Shown piece by piece: positions 53,541-64,000 of a DNA stretch of 64,000 nucleotides. The DNA lies in assembly GCA_020184695.1 (NCBI GenBank), contig JAANOX010000055.1, positions 1 to 64,000 on the forward strand, in the 5' to 3' direction. Numbering within the stretch: position 1 is the stretch's first letter; the number at the start of each line of letters is the position of its first letter. The stretch comes from Histomonas meleagridis 2922-C6/04-290x. Its lineage: Eukaryota; Protista; Parabasalia. The position numbers and the translations under genes are program-made. The notes beneath the pieces are model-generated. The model did not search any database, was not told the DNA's origin, and saw only the letters and a list, made by a program, of their open reading frames with translations.

Positions 53541-53664
53541 TCTCAAATATATATTTCGATGAATGAAAAATTATTTTTTATTTTTTTATTTTTTATTATA
53601 TTTTTTAATTTATTTTTATTTATTATTAATTTATTATTAATTAATTTTTATTAAATTGTAATCA

Positions 53665-55020
53665 TTATACAAATTCTATACCAGCGTATATATAACTTTT
53701 GATTCTCCATAAAGCTAACTGCTGGACATTACCAATATCTACATTTGTACCATTTTCAATAACAAAACTTATTATGGAATGCTTTTTTTTATTCCATATA
53801 CTTTTTTTAATATTATTTTTGATGGAATAAATAATATCCCATGCAAATTGTGAACTTGGAGAATTTCGTACCACTGGAGCTTTTTTTTTACGTATTACTT
53901 CAGTATTACCATTATTATTTTTGTTTTTGTCACTCCAATTTTCAGGGAGTGGTTCATTAATAATCTGAGTTTCTACAATATTTGAAATTAGCACATTATC
54001 AACAATTTCCAAAGAATCTAATTTTGAATTTTCAAATTTATTGCAGAAATCTACAATTGTATGTTTACATGGAATATGCTTATTTTGATATAATTTGGAG
54101 TAAAATTCATACCCTCCACAAGTACAATTCCTCGATAATTTTTGTTCATTACTAGCATTCTTTTATAATTTATTTATATATTTAATAAAGTTTTTGCCGT
54201 GCCATTCATTTTTTGAATTAAATCTATTCCACAATACATTTTCAACATTCTTTAATTTATCTATAAATAACCTTTAAATAAAATTGTCGAATTAATATGA
54301 CTATGGATCGATTCTAAAGAATTAGTTATGGTAGGACATCCAGGTCTTAACCATTTTGCCCACCTATCAATATTATGTATAAAATCTGGTTCTTTCACAC
54401 CCAAAACCATTAAAAAATTTTGAAATCTATCTTTATTGAAATTTTTTTGAATTTCCGAATTCATAATTATTTGTAATTCATTTTTAATAATATCAGTAAT
54501 CATTTGAAATTCATGTGGATTGAAAGTATTAATAATTCTTGAGATCCAATTTCCAATCATACTTGCAGAACCGAAATTTTCTATAAAATGACGATGGCAA
54601 TATTTAATATTTAAATTATTATTCTCAATAAATTTTTTAATAGCAGCACCAATATCTGCTAAAAAAATTTTGTACTTGATAAAACAATTTAAATTGATAT
54701 TAAAATTTCTACAGCAATTTATCAAATGATTCCGTAATCTCCCATAAGAATTTGATGTTTCTGTAGGAGAAATAGACACCCCTATAGGAAGTGATTCATT
54801 ATTTATAATAATGATTAATTTTGACAATGTATAAGGCTTTATAGCCTTAAATGTGACATCTATCATAAAACAACTGTAATTAAGGCTATATAATGTAGAA
54901 GCTGCCCAAGGAAAAATCCAAGATAATCCAAAAACGTTGTCAGTCTCATTAATTTATAGCAATTTTCTTGATGGTATTTTTGTTAAATATATAATAATTG
55001 AATCTTCAAAATTATTTATA
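53665..55020 (-). pseudogene. MULE transposase pseudogene with SWIM finger
   Basis: MIDVTFK, LADIGAAI, YCHRHFIEN, TITNSLESIHSHIN (MULE DDE pattern) and, after a frameshift, CTCGG...IPCKH (SWIM) near 54061-54130; multiple stops. Confidence 0.8.
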
Positions 55021-55500
55021 ATATAATCAATAAAATTTTTTTGAAGATATTTATCATGTTTTCTAATTGATTGTAAAATATTTTGATCCACAAATAAAGA
55101 TAAAAATTGACTATTAATGTATTGATTAATTTTATGTAATTTTTTACCAATAACAACATAAGGATGTGTTTGAGATAATTTTTTATTTCCAAAAATTTCA
55201 TTTTCTGGGAAGTTTAATATAACAAAGTTGTTTTCTTGTGTCCAATCAAGTTCATAACCTTTCTAATTCAAAAACATAATGTGTGAAGAAAAATCATCAT
55301 TAACAAATAAATGGAATACTAAAGTATTGTGATAATAAAGATTAATTCGATATGAAAAATTACTTTTCTGTGATATTTTGATTCCACAAAAAAAATCATT
55401 TGGAAGATAATAGGAAAAAGATGCATAATCAACTGACTACTGAATTGTTAAGAAATACTATAATTTCTTGTAATATGATTTAGATCGTGCATATGAAGTA

Positions 55501-55893
55501 TTGAGGAATAATGGAAGAATTCCTGATTATATTGTTTCTTCATTTAATGTTAATTTTCCAAAACAGACACTTACTTCCCGTTTAGCATTAGAACCTGGTT
55601 CAGTTATTGGTGTTAATATCCCAGTATCTTCTATTGCAATTGGTTCTGATAATATTATTCCTTTATCACAATTTACTTTAAATACTGATTTTGCATTGAA
55701 TATTTCATTAGATGGTACTCATTATTATTCTTTTATTCAAATAGTATTCGATTCTCCTACTTCAGATTATATAGAGATATATGTTAATTTTTTACATCAA
55801 AGTGAAATCTCCACAGGAGGTACTTTTTATTATTATTTATATGATTTTGGTACAACTCAACCAGCCAATAATGATTGTATGATCCTTTTTTAA
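55501..55893 (+). CDS. unknown ORF inside the transposon boundaries (possible cargo, start disrupted)
   Basis: 130-codon open frame starting at TTG; the upstream in-frame sequence contains a TAA. Confidence 0.35.
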   Translation: MRNNGRIPDYIVSSFNVNFPKQTLTSRLALEPGSVIGVNIPVSSIAIGSDNIIPLSQFTLNTDFALNISLDGTHYYSFIQIVFDSPTSDYIEIYVNFLHQSEISTGGTFYYYLYDFGTTQPANNDCMILF

Positions 55894-56303
55894 CACCAGA
55901 TTCCAAAGTTATAGAATAAATATTTATTATTCTTAAATGAAATTTATTTATATAATATATAGAACAACGATTCTAAGTTGTGCCAAAAATAAATATCTAA
56001 AATAAACCAGGTCGCCACTATATATAATTTTTTACATCAATATTAAAAAATTTGAATGAATTTTTGTTTCCTGATGCATTCCAGTTTATCAAATCAATAC
56101 AATATATAATCCATCATTAATCAATCATGAATGACTGGAAAAAATATATGTTAAAAAAAATAGATTAAAAATTATATTTCATGAGTTTATAAAATTTTTT
56201 GATTTAAAATATCGATTATTGTATGGAATGCTACATATGGAATGAAAAAAGAAGAAAAAAAATGTGTTATTTGAAGTATTTTTAAAAAAAAAATAACAAA
56301 AAA

Positions 56304-56375
56304 TGCGTTGCCCGGGAATCGAACCCGGATCACAAGCTTGGAAGGCTAGCATGATAACCACTACACTAGCAACGC
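56304..56375 (-). tRNA. tRNA-Gly (anticodon TCC)
   Basis: GCGTTGCTAGTGTAGTGGTTATCATGCTAGCCTTCCAAGCTTGTGATCCGGGTTCGATTCCCGGGCAACGCA: acceptor stem, GGTTCGATTCC T-loop, followed by oligo-T. Confidence 0.96.
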
Positions 56376-56504
56376 TTTCGTTACATGATATCAGAGAATT
56401 GTTATAATATCTTTTATAAATGAAAAAATGTAAATTTACTTTTAGATTCTAATTTAAGTTTGAAACATAAATATATTATAAATTAATTTTGTTTACACAT
56501 AATT

Positions 56505-57770
56505 TCAGCCGCATAAACAACCGATGTGAACTTTTTTCACATTTCCTTTGATATCTTCACACAAGACATAATCCGAATTTTCATATTTCTCTTTCACGAA
56601 CAACAGTTCTCCTGCACGTACTGTCATTTCATCTTCGTTCTTTGCAATTTGTGGCAACACTGTGAACATTAATGGTGTTTCTGGGATTTCAATTGCTTTT
56701 AATGGAACGTATTTAAATTCATTTGAATCAATTTTCGATGCCAAAATCCATAAATCGATTGGTCTTTCATACAAATAAATTCTTTCTCCTTTCTTAACAC
56801 TTAATTCATTTTTCTTCTTTGCTTCGAAATCATGTTTAACGATTCCTATATATAGTGGAACGTTAACTTCGTTGATTCTTGTAGTAAACGGCGGCGGCTT
56901 CAGTAACGGGTCCTGAAATGTGAATTGAAATGGAACGAATTGAATTTTATGTAACGAAGTCCTTGAAATTTTGTGAATGCGAGCGAAAAGAAGAAATTCA
57001 CTTTCCCAATTTGAATTGGTTTCGCCGGATTTTTTGGTGATGTTTTCCAATGGATGGATGAGCTTGGAAACAAATGGGTGAATTATAAAAATCATTGACT
57101 TTAAGCAAGTTTCTTTGTGCATTAAAAATACTTTGATTTTGGTAATGGCAGATTTGATGGTTTCGATATACTCTGAATTGATGGTGTTTATCTCAATATT
57201 AGCTTTCTTGTGGTTCATTACCATCATGAAATATTTGGAAAGAGAAGACTTTAATGTTAAACGGGAATCTGCATTTAACTGTGGTGAAAGTTGTTGCTTG
57301 GATATTGAAGCATAAAGGTTTTCGATTTCTTGCTGATTTATAAGGTATTGATGAAAAAATTCTTTTCTTTTGAGTTTAGATGAGCGAACCAAAGATAGAT
57401 TTTCTTTGATTAAATTATTTTGGGTTTCATTTAGATCTTCTATTGTAGAAATAATTTCACTGCCAATGATTCTTGAGTATTTTTTAAGTGAAAAAATTAA
57501 AAGATCAGCAAAACCAAAAATAGCGATAAAACGTTCTGATTGAGAACCTAAAATTCCTGGAGCGATTGGACCCTTAACATGTTCGGGAACAAAGTCGCTT
57601 TCGTTTGTACAATGTACATGTTTTAAAGTGGAATCCAATGTTTGCTTTACTTCTTTAAAAATAGAATTAATTTTTAAATGTATTTGAGCTTGGGCGTTAG
57701 CATATTCGATTACTTGCTGTAATTTTTGCTTTAGTATTTTTTTCTCTTCTTTAAAACCGATTTTGTCCAT
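56505..57770 (-). CDS. BAR/F-BAR-like helical protein with two C-terminal SH3 domains
   Basis: Coiled N-terminus; VKHDFEAKKKNELSVKKGERIYL..W and PQIAKNEDEMTVRAGELL SH3 motifs. ATG at 57770. Confidence 0.75.
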   Translation of the reverse strand: MDKIGFKEEKKILKQKLQQVIEYANAQAQIHLKINSIFKEVKQTLDSTLKHVHCTNESDFVPEHVKGPIAPGILGSQSERFIAIFGFADLLIFSLKKYSRIIGSEIISTIEDLNETQNNLIKENLSLVRSSKLKRKEFFHQYLINQQEIENLYASISKQQLSPQLNADSRLTLKSSLSKYFMMVMNHKKANIEINTINSEYIETIKSAITKIKVFLMHKETCLKSMIFIIHPFVSKLIHPLENITKKSGETNSNWESEFLLFARIHKISRTSLHKIQFVPFQFTFQDPLLKPPPFTTRINEVNVPLYIGIVKHDFEAKKKNELSVKKGERIYLYERPIDLWILASKIDSNEFKYVPLKAIEIPETPLMFTVLPQIAKNEDEMTVRAGELLFVKEKYENSDYVLCEDIKGNVKKVHIGCLCG

Positions 57771-58204
57771 TTGTGAGCTGATGAATTGTTTGACCACTTT
57801 TGTTTACAAAATAACGAAGGAACTGTTAGCAGGAAGACGTTAAATAGTAAGAGAGTCAAAGGGGATTATTATGAGCATATATTAGAAATCCACTCATAAA
57901 TTCAAATTTCTTATATGGAACTTTTACTTATTTACTGATTATATGTGAACTCCTCCCCATTTTTCATACTCAAATGACATGCAAAAGGAATCAATGTTTA
58001 GGTAATTTCCTTTTTATTGATTAATTGCTTTAGAATTTTATGTGATCTTTTTGTTAATGGTTTCCAAATTACAAAACAAATGCGTTACTAAAATGGAATA
58101 ATCAAAAAAATGAGTTTGAAAACTAACGAATTTTCTTTGAAATCATTCGCTTTTCTATACTTTACATGTAAGCCAATTATAAACGTACTTTTTCCTTATT
58201 CAAG

Positions 58205-60646
58205 ATGAGTCAAGAAAAGCAATTATCTCTCGATGATTTTATAGAAAAAAAAGTAGTAGGTGAGGGGGCATATGGAAAGGCTGTACTTTGCCAACAAAAA
58301 TCAACAAACCAACTTGTCATCGTCAAAGAAATTGCATTATCTAGCTTATCTCCACAAGAACAAAAAGAAGCATGGAAGGAAACAAAAGTACTTTCTCTTC
58401 TTCATCATCCTAATATAGTTGCTTATCGAGGCTCTTTTATGTACAAAAATGTTTTACACATAGTAATGGATTATGCTGATGGTGGCGATTTATTTGAACA
58501 AATACAAAAAGCAGGAACCAAACACTTTGATGAAAATCAAATTCTTGATTGGTTTGTTCAAATTTGTCTTGCCATGAAACACATTCATGATCGCAAAATT
58601 CTTCATCGTGACATTAAATGCCAAAATATTTTTCTTACCAAAGCAGGCATAATTAAGATTGGAGATTTTGGTATTGCTAAAGTATTAGATCACACATCAC
58701 AATTTTCAAAAACCGCCATTGGGACACCCTATTATCTATCGCCCGAAATCTGCCAAGGTAAAGCATACAATCAAAAAAGTGACATCTGGAGTATGGGGTG
58801 TGTTTTATATGAATTATGCACACTTCAACATGCTTTTGATTCGAATTGTATGAATGGTCTTATTATGAAAATTCTTAGATCAAAACATCCACCAATTCCT
58901 TATTATTATAGTCAAAATCTTCGAGCCCTTGTTGATAATCTTTTACAAAAAGCACCAAATAAAAGGCCTTCAGTTAATCAAATATTAAAACTTGATTTCA
59001 TTCGATCGAGAATTGATAATTTTTTAAGCAAGACAATGCAACAAATCGAATTTTCACACACAATATTTCATGGATATAAAGGCGGAGTGACTCCAAAAGA
59101 TCAGGCCATAAAGGAAGAAAAGCCAAAAGAGATGCCGGCAATCATGGAAAATGCAGCTGTTGCTGTTCCTTCAAAGCCAGCACCAAAACCAAAGCCTAAA
59201 CCATCAGTGGTACAGCAATCAAAGCCTTCTGCTGCGCAGCAACCAAAACCTTCAGCCGCAGCACAACAAAAGCATATAGCTAACGGTCACTGTAAACCAT
59301 TCAAACCGAAGGCGTTTAGGGAGCCCGAAAAACCGTTATCAAAGGAAGAAATTCTTGCAAGGAAAAATGCAGCAGTTCTTGCTGAAAGAGCTGCTAACAA
59401 AGAAATGAGGGCGAAAAAAGAAGAGCAAGAAAGAGCCGCTGCTGCTAAATCAGAAGCAAAAAGACAACAACTTTTGGAAGCACAAAAAAAGAGAGAACAA
59501 GAAAGAAAAGAAAAAATGAAACAACTAGAAAGAGAGGCACGTGAACGTAAAAAGAAATATGATAACCTTGAAGCGCCTTTCAAAAAGGCAATGGGTGGAA
59601 TGGTTAAGAAATCAAAAGTACAACCATCAGAACCACCAAAGAAAAGAACACCATCACAAAATCCGCCATCTGAACCTGTTCAGGCTCCACAAGAAACAGA
59701 AGAGCCTAAACAACCAAAGAAACTCGAAGTGAAGAATGTTGCAAAAAGACCAGGAAAAGTTCGAGAGCGAGATGAAGAAGTTCGGTCTCTCCGAGAGATG
59801 ATAGCACGTAAACGCGCAGAGCTAAGAGCTCAGAAAGCAACTGAGCAGAAAGGATTCATTCAGATCGGATCTACTCTTGTCGATGTTTCTGACGAAGACA
59901 AATCACCAACGCCACCAGAGAAAAAACAAAATTCCTCTTCTAGCGAAAAGAAACAGAGCAAAGACTCAACAGAAGAAAAGAAACAAAACGCATCAGAAAA
60001 AGTGAAGAACGGTTCGAATGAAAAAGTGGATCAGAAACAACAAACAGGAAAAGTGAAACCAATTGAAAAAATGAAACCGATAGAAAAAGTGACCCAGAAT
60101 TCTGATGTTACCAAACAAAACAAAGAAGAAGACAGATGTCCACCTAAGACATTAGATGAGCTTATTCATTTATCAGATGACGATGATTCTGATGATGATA
60201 ATGACATTTTATCACTTGCAGCAATTGCAAAAAGCATACTTGATCATCCACCTGATGATGATGAAGGAGAATGTGAGCCTTCACTTGCAGAAATGGCGCA
60301 TGGCCTTCTCAGTAGTAACTCTTCTGATAGTGAAGATGAAAAACAAACGCCAAGCATGCCGAAGTTCATTTTCAATGGCGAAGAGCTGAAGCTTCCTACA
60401 GTAACTGATAGGGATTCCATGGCTTACAGAGTTGAGGCAATCCGTGAGTTCATCGAGCGTGGGCTCGGTTTGGACGTTTTCATCGAAGTGTACAACGTAT
60501 TAACCGCCGATGCCGATAACCTTCCAGAAGAAGAAGTCGATGCAAGGCTACATGAGCTTCTAAACTCACCAGAGCAACTTAAGTTTTACCCACTCATCCA
60601 ACAATTAATTGTATGCGAAGAAACTTTGATGACATCTGGTGAATGA
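58205..60646 (+). CDS. NIMA-related (NEK1-like) protein kinase
   Basis: VVGEGAYGKA, VIVKEI, HRDIKCQNIFL, GDFGIAKVL, GTPYYLSPE, KAYNQKSDIWSMGC; coiled tail and NEK1-like C-terminal VEAIREFIERGLG. Confidence 0.95.
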   Translation: MSQEKQLSLDDFIEKKVVGEGAYGKAVLCQQKSTNQLVIVKEIALSSLSPQEQKEAWKETKVLSLLHHPNIVAYRGSFMYKNVLHIVMDYADGGDLFEQIQKAGTKHFDENQILDWFVQICLAMKHIHDRKILHRDIKCQNIFLTKAGIIKIGDFGIAKVLDHTSQFSKTAIGTPYYLSPEICQGKAYNQKSDIWSMGCVLYELCTLQHAFDSNCMNGLIMKILRSKHPPIPYYYSQNLRALVDNLLQKAPNKRPSVNQILKLDFIRSRIDNFLSKTMQQIEFSHTIFHGYKGGVTPKDQAIKEEKPKEMPAIMENAAVAVPSKPAPKPKPKPSVVQQSKPSAAQQPKPSAAAQQKHIANGHCKPFKPKAFREPEKPLSKEEILARKNAAVLAERAANKEMRAKKEEQERAAAAKSEAKRQQLLEAQKKREQERKEKMKQLEREARERKKKYDNLEAPFKKAMGGMVKKSKVQPSEPPKKRTPSQNPPSEPVQAPQETEEPKQPKKLEVKNVAKRPGKVRERDEEVRSLREMIARKRAELRAQKATEQKGFIQIGSTLVDVSDEDKSPTPPEKKQNSSSSEKKQSKDSTEEKKQNASEKVKNGSNEKVDQKQQTGKVKPIEKMKPIEKVTQNSDVTKQNKEEDRCPPKTLDELIHLSDDDDSDDDNDILSLAAIAKSILDHPPDDDEGECEPSLAEMAHGLLSSNSSDSEDEKQTPSMPKFIFNGEELKLPTVTDRDSMAYRVEAIREFIERGLGLDVFIEVYNVLTADADNLPEEEVDARLHELLNSPEQLKFYPLIQQLIVCEETLMTSGE

Positions 60647-60680
60647 TTGCGCTTCTCAAGAAATTAATAATAATATTTGT

Positions 60681-61112
60681 TTATTCAAGTTTCTTGTTCA
60701 TGAGGATCTTGTCTATGTCAACTTCATAGGCTGATTCTTCCTCTTCTTCTTCGGCATCATCTTCAACGTCATCATAATACCCTGAAATATAAACTGTATT
60801 TGGCCCATCTGCTTCAATGTATACTTTGTTGAGAGGTGAGTATATTTGATTGGTTGAGAATTGCTCAAATTTATTTGGAATTAAAATTGTTAGAACTGTT
60901 TCATGTTTTTCTGTCGGGGCTTCACTCTTGACTTCATCAAGTTTATCAATCAAAATTGTTTCTACGTAAAGTTTTACATTTGTTGGTTCTGATTTTGTGA
61001 TTTCACCTAAGCATACATTTGTTACAATTGTATATAGATTATCAGGGATTTCTAGTTCGACCTTTTTACCTGCAGGAATGGAAATACCCCAAAAAGTCTG
61101 GATTTCACACAT
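60681..61112 (-). CDS. nucleoplasmin-like (NPL) domain histone chaperone
   Basis: FWGISI...VTNVCLGE...GPNTVYISGYY followed by an acidic tract. Confidence 0.8.
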   Translation of the reverse strand: MCEIQTFWGISIPAGKKVELEIPDNLYTIVTNVCLGEITKSEPTNVKLYVETILIDKLDEVKSEAPTEKHETVLTILIPNKFEQFSTNQIYSPLNKVYIEADGPNTVYISGYYDDVEDDAEEEEEESAYEVDIDKILMNKKLE

Positions 61113-61198
61113 TTTTATTAATTATTTGCTTTAAACAAACCAAGTGAAATAATTTGACTATGTTTGTTTGGATTAATTTAAAGAAAAAATTTGTTTAT

Positions 61199-61849
61199 TT
61201 AATGCTTCAATCCTCTTTGTTCGAGTAAAGCCTTGTAAGCTTCAGCCTTCTTTTGAGCTGCCTCCCTGCGTGCTTTCTTTTCCTTTAAGAACTTAGCTTT
61301 ACGTGCAAGACGACGTGGTGTAATTAAACGTTGGATCTTTGGTTGTGTAAATTTGCCAGGCTTAACTTCACGACGAAGAACAAGCTTAGTGACATCAGCC
61401 TTCTTGTCAGCACCAAAGATTGCCCTGATTCTTGTTGCACGTTTTGGACCATAACGACGTGGAACTACTTTATCAGTAAGTCCTTCAATTTCTGCATCAC
61501 CTTTCTTAAGAACAATGAGATGAAGAGCGGAGATTTCTGAAGAAATAACGCAGCCACGAACTGTCTTCCTTTTACGTTCACCATCTTTGCGTGGGCGATA
61601 GCATGATGTACCAGCACGGAGAAGGAGACGGACACGACGTGGTGTAAGAACCCCTTGCTTCATTGGAAAACCTTGTTTATCGAATCCACCACCAAGGCGG
61701 AAAAGATATCCAGCAAATTGTTGGCCAAGAATTGAACCATCAATGTCCTGACCGAGACGATGATCATAAAGGCTGTTAAGAGCAACTGGATCTTCTACAT
61801 CAATGCAAATTTGTGTACCATGATCTGGATAAGCAAGTGTAAGCCTCAT
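61199..61849 (-). CDS. RPS6: 40S ribosomal protein S6 (eS6)
   Basis: GGFDKQGFPMKQGVLT, CYRPRKDGERKRKTVRGC, VPRRYGPKRATRIR, PKIQRLITP. Confidence 0.97.
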   Translation of the reverse strand: MRLTLAYPDHGTQICIDVEDPVALNSLYDHRLGQDIDGSILGQQFAGYLFRLGGGFDKQGFPMKQGVLTPRRVRLLLRAGTSCYRPRKDGERKRKTVRGCVISSEISALHLIVLKKGDAEIEGLTDKVVPRRYGPKRATRIRAIFGADKKADVTKLVLRREVKPGKFTQPKIQRLITPRRLARKAKFLKEKKARREAAQKKAEAYKALLEQRGLKH

Positions 61850-61852
61850 CCC

Positions 61853-61900
61853 AAAGGATCGACCAAAACCGCCAGCAAAAAAACGTGCTCTCGGGTACCC
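61853..61900 (-). promoter_or_regulatory. ribosomal-protein gene promoter module: GGGTACCC, M3-like GCGGTTT, M5 CCTTT
   Basis: Minus strand GGGTACCC...GGCGGTTTTGGTCGATCCTTTGGGATG; same order and spacing as upstream of RPS3A. Confidence 0.6.
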
Positions 61901-62232
61901 TTCTAAGTAAACTAAAGAATCTATGGCTTTTTGATTAGTTTAAAATAGAATTTCTTTTATCAAACATTTCCTTAAAGAACAAATAAATATTTTCTTTCAT
62001 TCGATATATAAATTTTTTTAAGATTATTCCTGTATCATAAAAAGAAAATTTACCAAGAATTCAAATTAATTTCAAATTAATAAATAATGTTTTATTGATG
62101 TAATCTTTTAAAGTATGATAAAATATATGTGTATGCATATTGGTATTACCAATTGGTTTAATTAATAATCCTTCTACAAAAGATTTACATGCAACCAAAT
62201 AATATTAAAAAGTGACAATACATAAAAACAAA

Positions 62233-62883
62233 ATGTTAAATTTTTCCAGATCATGTCCATTATCATGTACAATTGGTATAGCATCTATTATAATTGCTGT
62301 TCTACTTTATCTTAAAGTTGTAGATATTTATCAATTTTATTTCAACAGATATCTCATTTTCCAAAAATTCCAATTTTGGAGACTATTTACGTCATCATTT
62401 TGCTTTGGGTCAATGGGTTTAAATACACTTTTACAACTTTCAGGGTTTATGCAATACATTGGAACTGATGAAAGTTCTTTCTTTTCAGGTCGACCTGTAG
62501 ATTTTATGATATTTTGCCTTTTTGGCATGGCAGGTCTTTGGATATGTGCTTGTTTCTATCCTATACTTTTCTTTGGACCGGGTCTAACTTCATATTTCAT
62601 GTATTATTTTTCTAAAAGGTCTCCAGATACTCGATTAATTCTGTTTACTTTTCCTGTTCTAATTAAAGCAGCTTACGTTGCTCTTATTTTATTAGCCATT
62701 AATATTTTTTCACACAATACTCATAATATATTATCATCAGTTGTTGGATATTTCATGGCTCATATGTACTTCTTCATACAAGATATAGTTTCTCTCAAGT
62801 GTAATGTAAGTCTTCTCACTGCGCCAAGCTGGGCAAATAATTTTTTGAATCGAATTTTTTCATTTATTTTCAATTCGAATTGA
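62233..62883 (+). CDS. derlin (Der1-like) ERAD protein
   Basis: IFQKFQFWRLFTSSFCFG, ESSFFSGRPVDFMIFCLFG, GYFMAHMYFFIQD. ATG at 62233. Confidence 0.88.
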   Translation: MLNFSRSCPLSCTIGIASIIIAVLLYLKVVDIYQFYFNRYLIFQKFQFWRLFTSSFCFGSMGLNTLLQLSGFMQYIGTDESSFFSGRPVDFMIFCLFGMAGLWICACFYPILFFGPGLTSYFMYYFSKRSPDTRLILFTFPVLIKAAYVALILLAINIFSHNTHNILSSVVGYFMAHMYFFIQDIVSLKCNVSLLTAPSWANNFLNRIFSFIFNSN

Positions 62884-63163
62884 ACTTTAAAATTCTTTTT
62901 TTAATATTGTTTAGTATCATATCTAAAAATATCAAAGTTAATAAAAATAATTTAATATCGAAATTACAAAATTTGTGATTTCTTTGATAAAATTTACATT
63001 TTTCACAAAGGTTTTTGTGATGTTTAAATAGGTATCTGAATAAAAATTAGGGATTTATAAAAATGTGATTTTGATTATTTATTAAGTTTAAATGAAACAT
63101 AACAATTTGTTGGTTCCTTCAGTGTGACATGAATGAAAAGTATTTGTTGACTGATGTTGACTT

Positions 63164-63442
63164 TTAAAACATTGAATCATGGAAGAATGAAAAGTAAAAA
63201 TATAATAGAACAAGCAATAAAATCAAAAAACAAAGAGATGCTTTTTGGATATTCTTGGACTTTCTGATTGATTCCTTTTTTTCTTGAATTTTTTTTTCTA
63301 ATTCTTCAAGATTTGTTTGAACTTGAGCAAGCCATAACTTAACCAGCTCATCTTCCTGTTCTGTGAGATTGATTTCTGCATCAGAAATATATTTTTCAAG
63401 TTCTTCAAGTTTGTTTTGGGATCCTGGAACGCGCGTTTCCAT
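63164..63442 (-). CDS. small tail-anchored coiled-coil (SNARE-like) protein
   Basis: Heptad coiled coil followed by a C-terminal TM. ATG at 63442. Confidence 0.55.
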   Translation of the reverse strand: METRVPGSQNKLEELEKYISDAEINLTEQEDELVKLWLAQVQTNLEELEKKIQEKKESIRKSKNIQKASLCFLILLLVLLYFYFSFFHDSMF

Positions 63443-63494
63443 TTTCAAAAAGTGCGCATGACATTTGATATGAAATACAGAGGCCTCAACAGAA

Positions 63495-63980
63495 ATGAGT
63501 TCTCCAACCCCTAAGGAAGAAGAGGAAGATAATATATTTAAAGTTGAAGAAATTAAAAGTCATAAAAAGAAGAGAGGGAAAGTTTATTATTTAATTAAAT
63601 GGGAGGGATATCCAGAAACTGAAAATACATGGGAACCAGAAGAAAATCTTTCATGCCCAGAAATCCTTGAGAAATATCAGGAATCTATAATACAGAATGG
63701 AGCAAAAAGTAATTTAAAAAATTCTAATTCAAAAAATAAACAGAAAACACCACAAAATCAATCTAACAATGAGACTAAGAGCAAGGCAGAGGGTACAGAA
63801 AAAACAAAGAAAGTTTCAAAAATATATGGATGTACTTCCGATTCTAAACCAAACTTTATGTTTTATGTAGTGAAACTCGTCGGCAAGAAAACACCAATTG
63901 TAGTGTCGTCCACAGAACTACAGGAGTTGGCTCCTGACAAACTTACAGCGTTTTTGGAAAAGAATGTAAGATATTTTTAG
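63495..63980 (+). CDS. HP1-like chromodomain protein
   Basis: FKVEEIKSHKKKRGKVYYLIKWEGYPETENTWEPEENLSCPEILEKY, hinge, chromo-shadow-like C-terminus. Confidence 0.9.
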   Translation: MSSPTPKEEEEDNIFKVEEIKSHKKKRGKVYYLIKWEGYPETENTWEPEENLSCPEILEKYQESIIQNGAKSNLKNSNSKNKQKTPQNQSNNETKSKAEGTEKTKKVSKIYGCTSDSKPNFMFYVVKLVGKKTPIVVSSTELQELAPDKLTAFLEKNVRYF

Positions 63981-64000
63981 ATTTTTTGCTACGTGAAATT

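Larger units (their letters stand above)
52192..56019. mobile_element. Mutator-like (MULE) DNA transposon, degenerate, ~3.8 kb
   Basis: Imperfect ~20-bp inverted ends AGTGGCGACGTGATTTTATTT (52192) and AAATAAACCAGGTCGCCACT (ending 56019) enclosing a MULE transposase remnant and subterminal repeats. No clean TSD seen. Confidence 0.65.

Noticed and set aside
53570-53660. Structured element
   Set aside because: Simple T/A low-complexity tract.
56179-56361. 60-aa minus-strand ORF
   Set aside because: It is a translation of the tRNA-Gly gene and its AT-rich flank.

Overview
AT-rich, gene-dense, almost intron-free eukaryotic DNA. BspA-like LRR genes, DUF3447/ankyrin genes and Inr/M2/M3/M5-type core promoter motifs point to a parabasalid protist (Trichomonas/Tritrichomonas-like); this assignment is inferred. 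Housekeeping genes include eS1, eS6, Rab1, AIP1/WDR1, a NEK kinase, exportin-7, CLUAP1/IFT38, derlin, Spt20-, Sds3- and NELF-A-like genes, two chromodomain genes and tRNA-Gly(TCC). Accessory material includes intact and decayed BspA and ankyrin genes, an 850-bp TA-flanked MITE inside a BspA gene, a ~3.8-kb Mutator-like element and a 38-bp minisatellite. The most notable observations are: (1) a single-chain xanthine dehydrogenase, a bacterial-type phosphoesterase and a bacterial-type YgeW carbamoyltransferase within ~7 kb, a candidate anaerobic purine-catabolism cluster in a eukaryote; (2) a small lactococcin-972-like (bacteriocin-like) gene; (3) ankyrin repeats each interrupted at the same position by fixed-length 80/63-nt AT-rich spacers without consistent GT-AG ends. 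All protein assignments come from motif recognition by eye; no database search was run.
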